In this document: piece after piece, positions 1 through 7,134 of the stretch
Layout: every line of letters begins with the position of its first letter
How positions within the stretch are numbered: position 1 is the stretch's first letter
Source of the DNA: Candidatus Saccharimonadota bacterium
GTDB lineage: Bacteria; Patescibacteriota; Gracilibacteria; UBA1369; 2-02-FULL-48-14
Length of the DNA stretch: 32,000 nt
Direction of reading: 5' to 3'
NCBI GenBank assembly: GCA_041661045.1
Contig: JBAZVE010000001.1
Coordinates: 450,001 to 482,000 of the forward strand
Position numbers and translations under genes: made by a program
Notes under the pieces: model-generated
Seen by the model: only the letters and a program-made list of their open reading frames with translations
The model's database searches: none
What the model was told of the DNA's origin: nothing

Positions 1-560
1 TTTTTTTCCCAAAAGATCCTAAACCTATCGTCTGAAGTAAGACTAGAATCATCCCATCCTTGAGGTTTTGTGACGGACTGGGCTCCATGGACTAATTCCC
101 CAAACCAAGTAGGGTTTTGCACTCTCGATGGGGGCGGAGATAACCTAATGTTACGAAAGCGTTCTTCGCCTTGTGGCTGCCTATTATCAGCTAAATAAGA
201 TCCTATCCATTGATCCTCTGCATCCAAATCTAAATCTTGTTGTGGGCTTGCTTCAGTCCCCATTCTTCTGGGCTGCCCATTCACTAGTCTTGTAACAAGA
301 TCAAGTCTATCTCTTGGAGAGACCAGCTTGTTTTGATACATAACTTCAGCCCCTCCCTCCCTCAAACTGTCAATCGTCCCTTTCGAAAGAGCCCCCTGCA
401 TCGTACGAATGATATGATCTATAGTCTCTTTACTCCCAGGCAGGGTTGGCACACCAGGCTCCCCAAAGAGACCGGCATTTGCTTCTCTTGAGGACTCAAA
501 TCCAGTTTTGACGATATCCTCTACCTGATCCTTATCAGTTGAATTTAATTGTGGTGACAT
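1..560 (-). CDS. hypothetical protein, N-terminal 186 codons (gene continues past the left edge)
   Basis: Absent from the ORF track because it has no stop in the window. Hand translation of the reverse complement from ATG 560..558 (in-frame TAG just upstream at 569..567) gives MSPQLNSTDKDQVEDIVKTGFESSREANAGLFGEPGVPTLPGSKETIDHIIRTMQGALSKG... with no stop down to position 3. No family recognised. AT-richer than the adjacent ispG. Confidence 0.45.
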   Translation of the reverse strand, partial: MSPQLNSTDKDQVEDIVKTGFESSREANAGLFGEPGVPTLPGSKETIDHIIRTMQGALSKGTIDSLREGGAEVMYQNKLVSPRDRLDLVTRLVNGQPRRMGTEASPQQDLDLDAEDQWIGSYLADNRQPQGEERFRNIRLSPPPSRVQNPTWFGELVHGAQSVTKPQGWDDSSLTSDDRFRIFWEK

Positions 561-570
561 GGTTAACTAG

Positions 571-598
571 GAATTAAGAATTAAGAGCGAGGAGCGAG
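571..598. repeat. two adjacent tandem heptamer duplications (GAATTAA)x2 (GAGCGAG)x2
   Basis: Read directly: gaattaa gaattaa gagcgag gagcgag at 571..598, in the 51-nt spacer between ispG (stop at 612) and the next minus-strand gene (ATG at 560). Confidence 0.8.
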
Positions 599-611
599 GG
601 TCGATAATACG

Positions 612-1706
612 CTACTTCGTCTTTTTGTCAATAAGTCTGAGCAACTCCGGCACCAAGTCTGCTTCGGGGACATTGGCTTTGTAGAGTTCGCCTTTGTAGT
701 AGAGGGCGCCGGCGTGTTTGCCGCCGGCGATGGCAAAGTCGGATTCTTTGGCTTCGCCCACACTGTTTACCACGCAGCCCATCACGGCGATGCGCACGGG
801 TTTTTTGAGATGGCGCGTGGCTTCTTCCACTTCGTGCACCATTTTTGGGAGATCCACTTCGATGCGGCCGCAAGTGGGGCAGGCGATGATGTCCGGTTCC
901 TTGCTGTAAAGGCCGATGGATTTGAGAATGCTTTTGCAGACCTCCACTTCTTTCACAATGTCGTCGGTGATGGACGCGCGGATGGTGTCGCCGATGCCTT
1001 GCATGAGCAGCGTTCCGATGCCGAGGGCGTTTTTAACGGTGCCGGGGATTAGGAGGCCGGCATGGGTGACGCCGAGGTGGAGTGGCGGGGCGTCCGGGCG
1101 GTCGGCGGTGGCTTGCGCGAATTTTTGGTAGGCCTCCACCATCACGGGGACGCGTTCACTTTTAATGGACACGGCGAAATTGGTGAAGCCCAGATCTTCC
1201 ACAAACTTAACCCAGCGCAGGGCGGATTCGGCCAGAGCCTCCGCCGTGGGGGCGCCGTGTTTTTCCCACAGGTCTTTTTCAAGGGAGCCGGCGTTCACGC
1301 CGATGCGCATGGCGGCGTTCTTTTTTTGCGCGAGCAGAATGACTTTTTCAAGATAAGAGCGGTCAAAAAAATTCCCGGGATTGATGCGGATTTTGTCCGC
1401 GCCGTAGTCGAGCGCAGCGATGGCGAGGCGCGGGTCGAAATGAATGTCCGCCACGATGGGGAGTTTGGTTTTTGCTTTAATCAGCGGGATGGCTTTGGCC
1501 GCATCAAAACTCGGCATGGCCAAACGAATGAGGTCGCAGCCGATGTCTTCCACGGTTTTTATTTCGGCCACGGTGGCCTCGATGTCCTCCGTCTTTCCCA
1601 TGCACATGGTTTGAATCGCCACGGGGTGCTCACTGCCAATTTTAACTTGGCGCGCGGGATCCACACCGATGGTGCAGGTTCGAGTTTTGCGTCGGGGAAT
1701 GGTCAT
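612..1706 (-). CDS. ispG: 4-hydroxy-3-methylbut-2-en-1-yl diphosphate synthase (IspG/GcpE, MEP pathway)
   Basis: 364-aa ORF. Shows typical IspG blocks (IGSEHPVAIQTM, CDLIRLAMP, PIVADIHFD, DKIRINPGN, MRIGVNAGSL, ACPTCGR, IAVMGCVVNSVGEA). Confidence 0.95.
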   Translation of the reverse strand: MTIPRRKTRTCTIGVDPARQVKIGSEHPVAIQTMCMGKTEDIEATVAEIKTVEDIGCDLIRLAMPSFDAAKAIPLIKAKTKLPIVADIHFDPRLAIAALDYGADKIRINPGNFFDRSYLEKVILLAQKKNAAMRIGVNAGSLEKDLWEKHGAPTAEALAESALRWVKFVEDLGFTNFAVSIKSERVPVMVEAYQKFAQATADRPDAPPLHLGVTHAGLLIPGTVKNALGIGTLLMQGIGDTIRASITDDIVKEVEVCKSILKSIGLYSKEPDIIACPTCGRIEVDLPKMVHEVEEATRHLKKPVRIAVMGCVVNSVGEAKESDFAIAGGKHAGALYYKGELYKANVPEADLVPELLRLIDKKTK

Positions 1707-1712
1707 AATAGG

Positions 1713-1740
1713 ATTAAAGCACAGAAAGGGATAAAGACAA
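1713..1740 (-). promoter_or_regulatory. candidate ispG promoter with extended -10, leaderless geometry
   Basis: The minus strand reads TTGTCT (1740..1735), a 16-nt spacer ending in TGc, TTTAAT (1718..1713), then cctatt (6 nt), then ATG (1706). Confidence 0.45.
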
Positions 1741-1815
1741 GCCTCTTCACCTGAATCTGGTTTTCCAAGAGGTTTAAGTTTTGTTAGATTAAAGCCACTT
1801 TATCCACACCAACAT

Positions 1816-3315
1816 ATGAAAAAGTACATTATTTTTGCTCTTGCCGTTTTGGTTTTGGGCGGCCTTGCTTATGGATTTACTTCCGGCGCGCTCCTCCAGG
1901 GCCGATTTGGGCCCTCAGGTGAACCTGGCATCTCTGCCGTTGAGCTGGAAACATGTGCTGTCTACAGCGTTATGGGAACAACGCTAACCACGAGCGCAAA
2001 CACCACCATCAGTCACGATGGGTCTTCTTGTGAAGTTACGGCTGTCAATACTGTGGGGGATTCAGTGGGCTTTGGTGCAGATCTGGGTGAGCTCGCGGAG
2101 TTTAACTCGGTTTCTTTCTGGATCTACTGGGACGACAATGATGGCGCTGCCGACACTTTGTTTCCCGAAGAACTTTCTGTTTTCACGGCTGATGTCTGGG
2201 ATGGCACAGAAGACAACACCACTACCTTGAGTCGTTATAACTTTACAGGCTCACCTCGATACTTGCAGGAAGGAGTTTGGTACAATGCTGAAAGTGTTCG
2301 TATGCCAATGGCAACAGATACGCTAGACTCTGTTGTGGGTATTCGCTTCAACGACGCTGACACACTGAGTGCAGAGGATGATTTTTACATTGATACAATT
2401 AAGCTCATTGGTAAAGAGATGCCTTCAGGTACTTCGAGTGGATCTTCGATAAATGTAGATTTCGCACGGAGCACCCCTCGTGGCAATAGTTCTGCGACGG
2501 CTGGAAGCTCGGATGTAACCTTGGCTGTCTACTCTTTCACGCAGCCCACCATCACTTCGGATGTGGAACCGGAGGATTTTGTGGTTGAAAGCTTGTCTAT
2601 AAATGTTTCGCAATCAGGAATTTTGGTAGAAGATTTGGGGGAAAACGACAACAATATTGAGTCTATCAAGTTGGTCTACAAGGACAGTTTAGGCGGATCT
2701 CGAACAGATACGGCAAGCCCAACTTCAGGAACTGCTGGTTTTGAGGATCTCGACTTTGTAATCCCTGCGGACTCCTCAGCCACACTTACTGTTAAGGCTG
2801 ACTTCAAAACGGAAGCGGAAGGGGCTACCTTCGGCTCTATTTTGAGCGCCAGCTTAGCCTTCAATAATTTTAGAGCTGTTGGCCAAAGCACGGGCTCTGT
2901 TTTTGGTCCAGAAAAGATAGATGCAAGCCTCGATCCTACCCTAGATTTAGACTTTGGGGAGATTACCTATACCGATGCCGACAACGCTCTTGAAATGGAT
3001 GGCAGCCAGACCCTTTCTGGTGATCTAGGCTCTGAAGTCACCTTCATTCTCGATAATGGGTCTGGAGATAATACGAATAAACTTCCTGTTGGAACGCTCC
3101 TCTGTGTTGACGATGACAACTCTGCTAGCTGTGTTGCTGAAGATATCTTCGTCGTAACGGCATGGCCAAGCGGCAAGGAAGGAACGGAGGACACTGTAAG
3201 TGGGATTCTTGTAGATGATAGCGGAGACCAGGTTAATGATGATGGGGATCCCATCCTTTACGCCCTCCCCGGCGTAGGCTTTCTACCGGCCGTGGCTACC
3301 TTTACAATTAAGTAA
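1816..3315 (+). CDS. secreted or membrane-anchored surface protein, paralog A (N-terminal CBM-like region plus shared module)
   Basis: 499-aa ORF with an N-terminal hydrophobic signal/anchor (MKKYIIFALAVLVLGGLAYG). Residues ~60-200 look like a beta-sandwich/CBM (SFWIYWDD..., DDFYIDTIKL). The C-terminal ~260 aa is clearly homologous to ORF 3922..5886. Confidence 0.7.
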   Translation: MKKYIIFALAVLVLGGLAYGFTSGALLQGRFGPSGEPGISAVELETCAVYSVMGTTLTTSANTTISHDGSSCEVTAVNTVGDSVGFGADLGELAEFNSVSFWIYWDDNDGAADTLFPEELSVFTADVWDGTEDNTTTLSRYNFTGSPRYLQEGVWYNAESVRMPMATDTLDSVVGIRFNDADTLSAEDDFYIDTIKLIGKEMPSGTSSGSSINVDFARSTPRGNSSATAGSSDVTLAVYSFTQPTITSDVEPEDFVVESLSINVSQSGILVEDLGENDNNIESIKLVYKDSLGGSRTDTASPTSGTAGFEDLDFVIPADSSATLTVKADFKTEAEGATFGSILSASLAFNNFRAVGQSTGSVFGPEKIDASLDPTLDLDFGEITYTDADNALEMDGSQTLSGDLGSEVTFILDNGSGDNTNKLPVGTLLCVDDDNSASCVAEDIFVVTAWPSGKEGTEDTVSGILVDDSGDQVNDDGDPILYALPGVGFLPAVATFTIK

Positions 3316-3317
3316 AT

Positions 3318-3348
3318 AAAAAAGCCCCGCCGGATGGCGGGGCTTTTT
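3318..3348. terminator. bidirectional rho-independent terminator
   Basis: A perfect 8-bp GC-rich stem gccccgcc (3324..3331) / ggcggggc (3336..3343) with loop ggat. It is flanked by A6 (3318..3323) and T5 (3344..3348). It lies between convergent genes ending at 3315 (+) and 3383 (-). Confidence 0.8.
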
Positions 3349-3382
3349 CCCTAACTCTTGCTTTTAGCTCTCTGGCTAAGAG

Positions 3383-3721
3383 CTACATGCGGTACTGCGT
3401 GTGGGCACGAATCCATGCGCGGTGCAGGGCCTTGAGATCAAAGGTCAATGCCTTGAACTCCGGCTTTGCAATTCCGTACTCTTCGGCCATACCTCTAAGG
3501 GTGTTGCCGGATTCAAACTCTGCCTCAACGGCATCCGTATCGAGGTCAAAGGCTTCGGCGATCAACTCCACAGCTTCAGGCTGATGAAGCCAAAACATGT
3601 AGGAGGGCTCCTCCTTTTGGTGGCGATCGAAGGGTTTATCCCCTCCGCTAGAAGAAGCGGATGCAAGAGGCGTGAGCACCATGCTGGCAAGCAAGATGGG
3701 AACAACGAGGAAGCGTTTCAT
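3383..3721 (-). CDS. small secreted protein, unknown function
   Basis: 112-aa ORF with a classic signal peptide (MKRFLVVPILLASMVLTPLASA|SSS). The mature part is acidic and predicted helical. No family recognised. Confidence 0.6.
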   Translation of the reverse strand: MKRFLVVPILLASMVLTPLASASSSGGDKPFDRHQKEEPSYMFWLHQPEAVELIAEAFDLDTDAVEAEFESGNTLRGMAEEYGIAKPEFKALTFDLKALHRAWIRAHTQYRM

Positions 3722-3921
3722 AGAATAAGGGTTAGAAATAAAGGCTTCGTCTGCTGTGACGCGTGGTGGCGGACTTCCTTACACAAAACTTCTTGCCTAA
3801 ATGTGCTTTTGAGCTCCTGCAATAATTCGTCCTTGATGACAAGCGGTTTAGGGCGTAAACTTGTAATCTTTCTTTTCCCTCCGCCGTCACAGTCTCTGAT
3901 TTTACCCCTAACACCTTTTCT

Positions 3922-5886
3922 ATGGTGACCTCTCTATCCTCCTTTAGAACCTTCTTTGCGAGGTTTTTGGTTTTGGCATTGGTCCTTCAGTTCTCTGTGG
4001 TCAGCTCCGCTCACGCAGCAGGCGTCCCCAGCTTGACCATTTCTTTGGCCAGCGTTCCGGTTACCGGATCCAATCTCTACACCCGTAACGCTGATGATGT
4101 CCCCTTTGTGGGAATGAATTTTGACTGCGGTGCGGCCAGTGATTGTACCGTCACCGATCTGCTTGTGCAGGGCCGTTTGGATGATGAAGGGGATGCCAAT
4201 GACTTCGACTCCACTTTTGATGCTAGCGACCATCGCACTCGCTTAAGCTCCATCGTGAGCAGCGTATGGCTGGAAGACGGAGCGGGTAATCTTGTTGCAG
4301 GACCGGAGGCCGTTCAGTCCTCTTCTTACCGAGCCACCTTTGGCGATTTCTCCTGGAGCATTGAGGCCGGAAACACCGAAACGCTTTATGTGATGGGAGA
4401 CTTGTCTTCTTTGGCGTATGCAAATTTTGATCCGGAAAATATTTCCTTTGCACTCCCCAGTGGGGCTTGGGTTACGGCTGAAGATGTGGATGGGTCTACC
4501 CTCATCCCTTCCGGTTCCGCCAACAACGCTTCAACCACTTTCGTCACCACGGCGCAAAATGGATCCCTCACGGTTGCTGTGGATCCCAGCACTCCTCCTG
4601 AAGACATTGTGGTGGCTGGAAGCAGCGCCGTTGAGTCGTCCGCCTACCGTTTCACCAGCACCGTTGAAGCCTTTACCGTGACCGATCTCAGCGTGAACAA
4701 CATTCAATCGGGTGTGAGTGCGGCTGCGCTTGGGGATGCTGACAATAATATTGCTGAGGTGAGTTTGTCTTATATCGACTCCAGCGGACTGGAGACCGTG
4801 GCTTCGGCAGCCCTTGTGAATGGAACCGCTCAGTTTTCCGGACTCGATATTTTTGTGGAAAAAGATGACTCCGCGACGGTGACTGTTTTGGCGGATCTCA
4901 ATCCCATTACCAGCGGAGGCGCCACTTCCGGCGAACTTATTGGACTGAACCTTGCCTTCAATAATTTTGAAGCGGTCGGTCAGGACAGCGGTGAAGCGTT
5001 GAACCCTGCAGAGGTGGACTTTGGTGGGGCTTCCTATACGAGTGGAGATGGCATTGTGGAATTGGCGGGGAATCAAGCTCCTTCGGTTCGAGTGGGGGGC
5101 AGCGCGGCACTCCGCGTGGATGACGGGACTTCAGACAATGCCAATAAACTTCCTGTCGGAACCGTAGTTTGCGTGGACGACAACGGGAACGGCGTTTGCA
5201 GCTCCGAGGATGTTTTCATTGTTACGGCTTGGCCAAGAGGTACGGTTGGCGTGAGTGATCGAGTGATGGTGGTGATGATGGATGACGCGGGTGATAACCA
5301 TTACGAAGACAACGACCCTTTGCTCTACGCTTTGCCCGGACGAGGATTCTTAAGTTCTACAAATCTCATGCATGTGCATGAAACCAAGCCCACGCTCAGC
5401 GTCGCCAGCAGTTCTCCTTCCGGAACCCGCACCGTGAGCAGCAGTGATGATGCTTTTATTTTCCATGTTACGGCGGATGACTGGGAACGAGTGGAGATTG
5501 AAGGGATTACTGTGGACATGAGTTCTGACGCGGATTTTGACACCGATGCGGTGGTGACCGCTTACCTGAAGGAGAGTGGAATTACTGTGGCGAGTGCGGT
5601 GATCAGCTTTGTTGATAGTTCTCATGCTAAGGCTGCGTTTGTTCCAACGGATTTTGAGGTTGCGGAGGGCGAGACTGAAACACTGACGCTCAACTTAAGT
5701 ACGGCGGCCCTTCTCGATGAAGATGCCGGTTTTGATGACCCTCTTACTTTCTCCATTGATTTGGGTTCTGCTACGGATGGCGTGGTACGCGCCGGAGGTT
5801 TCACCTGGTCCGATACCGAGACCACCATTCAATGGCTTGGGGTCGTGGAGAGTATTGTGCTCACGGGGAACCTCTTGCTCTATTGA
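3922..5886 (+). CDS. secreted surface protein, paralog B (shared module plus an extra C-terminal beta-rich module)
   Basis: 654-aa ORF with a signal peptide ending SSAHA|AG. It shares colinear blocks with ORF 1816..3315 (NLAFNNFEAVGQ, NKLPVGTVVCVDDNGNGVCSSEDVFIVTAWP, DPLLYALPGRGFL). Confidence 0.75.
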   Translation: MVTSLSSFRTFFARFLVLALVLQFSVVSSAHAAGVPSLTISLASVPVTGSNLYTRNADDVPFVGMNFDCGAASDCTVTDLLVQGRLDDEGDANDFDSTFDASDHRTRLSSIVSSVWLEDGAGNLVAGPEAVQSSSYRATFGDFSWSIEAGNTETLYVMGDLSSLAYANFDPENISFALPSGAWVTAEDVDGSTLIPSGSANNASTTFVTTAQNGSLTVAVDPSTPPEDIVVAGSSAVESSAYRFTSTVEAFTVTDLSVNNIQSGVSAAALGDADNNIAEVSLSYIDSSGLETVASAALVNGTAQFSGLDIFVEKDDSATVTVLADLNPITSGGATSGELIGLNLAFNNFEAVGQDSGEALNPAEVDFGGASYTSGDGIVELAGNQAPSVRVGGSAALRVDDGTSDNANKLPVGTVVCVDDNGNGVCSSEDVFIVTAWPRGTVGVSDRVMVVMMDDAGDNHYEDNDPLLYALPGRGFLSSTNLMHVHETKPTLSVASSSPSGTRTVSSSDDAFIFHVTADDWERVEIEGITVDMSSDADFDTDAVVTAYLKESGITVASAVISFVDSSHAKAAFVPTDFEVAEGETETLTLNLSTAALLDEDAGFDDPLTFSIDLGSATDGVVRAGGFTWSDTETTIQWLGVVESIVLTGNLLLY

Positions 5887-5911
5887 CTTTCTCCTGTTTA
5901 CCTCTTAAAAT
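5883..5911 (+). promoter_or_regulatory. sigma70-type promoter of the infC-rpmI-rplT operon
   Basis: TTGACT (5883..5888), a 17-nt spacer, then TAAAAT (5906..5911). The -35 hexamer contains the TGA stop (5884..5886) of the upstream gene. Confidence 0.6.
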
Positions 5912-5935
5912 ACGCGAAGTCTTTAACTTGATTAT

Positions 5936-6448
5936 ATAAGTAAACAGCTTCGTAAGAACGAAGAGATCCGTGCTCTGACGGTTCGTCTCATCTCGGAAGA
6001 GGAGGGCGGTCCGGCCGGAATCATGGGCATTGAGAAGGCCCGTGCCCTGGCTAAAGAGCAAGGTTTGGACCTGGTGGAAGTTTCCCCCACGGTTCACCCC
6101 CCTGTGTGCCGGATCATCGACTTTGGAAAGTACTTGTATAGGCAAAGAAAACTGGAACAAAAGCATAAGGCTTCTCAAAAGAGCCGCGAAGTGAAAGGCA
6201 TTCGTCTGAGTCTCCGAACCGGAGATCATGACATCGCGGTGAAGCTGAATCAGGCTAAACGCTTCCTGGAAGAAGGCAACTCTCTGAAATTCACCTTGAT
6301 TTTCCGCGGAAGAGAGGTTACACATTATGACCTAGCGCTCGAAAAAATGATCACCATACGCGATTCTCTCAAAGAAATCGCCAAAATTGATCAAGAGCCA
6401 AAAAAACAGGGATACAACCTGATTATGATTCTTTCACCCCTCAAATAA
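5936..6448 (+). CDS. infC: translation initiation factor IF-3, probable non-AUG (ATA) start
   Basis: The track ORF 6023..6448 covers only the region downstream of the IF-3 N-terminus. The frame stays open upstream to a TAA at 5924..5926 and encodes ..ISKQLRKNEEIRALTVRLISEEEGGPAGIMGIEKARALAKEQGLDLVEV, the conserved N-terminal domain. No ATG, GTG or TTG is in frame there. ATA at 5936 is the best candidate start. Confidence 0.8.
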   Translation: MSKQLRKNEEIRALTVRLISEEEGGPAGIMGIEKARALAKEQGLDLVEVSPTVHPPVCRIIDFGKYLYRQRKLEQKHKASQKSREVKGIRLSLRTGDHDIAVKLNQAKRFLEEGNSLKFTLIFRGREVTHYDLALEKMITIRDSLKEIAKIDQEPKKQGYNLIMILSPLK

Positions 6449-6660
6449 TGGGACGCATGGGAAAAGTTGGAAAGCAGAAAACGCACTCCGGTGCGAAGAA
6501 GCGAACGGACCGAACCGGAACCGGTAAGATCCGTATGGAGAAGGCTGCCCACAGGCACCGTCTCTCGCAAAAGTCTTCCCGACAAAAAAATCTGGGAGGA
6601 GGCAAGACCGCCATTCACAAGAGTGATGAAGGACGGCTCAATGCACTTTTGCAACTTTAA
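6448..6660 (+). CDS. rpmI: 50S ribosomal protein L35
   Basis: 70-aa basic ORF (KQKTHSGAKKRTDRTGTGKIRMEKAAHRHRL). Its ATG overlaps the infC TAA (TAATG). An alternative start is ATG 6457. Confidence 0.9.
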   Translation: MGRMGKVGKQKTHSGAKKRTDRTGTGKIRMEKAAHRHRLSQKSSRQKNLGGGKTAIHKSDEGRLNALLQL

Positions 6661-6727
6661 TTTATTTATTTCGCTGGCCCATGGCAGTTTGCCCCGCCTA
6701 AGGCCGCATTTTTAACCCTTTAGTTCT

Positions 6728-7075
6728 ATGGCACGCGTCAAACGCGGCACGGTACAACGCCGTCGCCACAATAAAATTTTGAAAGCGGCTAAAGGATTCC
6801 GAGGAGTATCTGGCCGTCTCTATACACACGCAAAGAGACGCGTCATGAAAGCGGGCATGCATGCGTACAGTCACCGCAGGACCAAGAAGCGCGACTTCCG
6901 AAGTCTGTGGATTGCACGCCTCAACGCAGCCGTTCGTCCATTCGGAATTTCCTACAGCCAGTTCATGTACAAGCTTTCTCTCAAGCAAATTGCGCTCGAC
7001 CGCAAGACCCTGAGCGAAATGGCCATTCATGAGCCCGCCGTATTCGAAAAACTGGTGGAAGAGGCTAAACGATAA
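6728..7075 (+). CDS. rplT: 50S ribosomal protein L20
   Basis: 115 aa, MARVKRGTVQRRRHNKILKAAKGFRG... with canonical L20 sequence and infC-rpmI-rplT synteny. Confidence 0.95.
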   Translation: MARVKRGTVQRRRHNKILKAAKGFRGVSGRLYTHAKRRVMKAGMHAYSHRRTKKRDFRSLWIARLNAAVRPFGISYSQFMYKLSLKQIALDRKTLSEMAIHEPAVFEKLVEEAKR

Positions 7076-7134
7076 ACAGAAGGCTGGCCTTTTGGCACTT
7101 TTTCTGCTAATCTGATGGCCACTAAAAAGCGCTT

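Noticed and set aside
607-617. 11-nt match atacgctactt shared with 31797..31807
   Set aside because: On the order of a hundred 11-mer coincidences are expected within 32 kb, and there is no extended similarity around the match.
1062-1754. 230-aa plus-strand ORF (and several shorter ones) antisense to ispG
   Set aside because: ispG on the minus strand is unambiguous. The antisense translation is low-complexity (G/H/F/A-rich), typical of stop-poor antisense frames in GC-rich genes.
3401-3928. 175-aa plus-strand ORF overlapping the small secreted-protein gene and the 200-nt spacer
   Set aside because: It has no export or domain features. The minus-strand ORF has a textbook signal peptide and is bounded by the terminator.
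1816-5886. Diversity-generating retroelement acting on the paralogous surface proteins
   Set aside because: The window has no reverse transcriptase. Nucleotide differences between the homologous stretches are of all types rather than adenine-specific. Similarity is at the protein level and patchy at the DNA level.
5861-6325. 154-aa minus-strand ORF overlapping infC
   Set aside because: It is antisense to IF-3, whose frame is conserved throughout.
7076-7134. Possible terminator after rplT (aaggctggccttttggcacttttt)
   Set aside because: The only stems available are 3-4 bp with a 2-4 nt loop. That is too weak to call.
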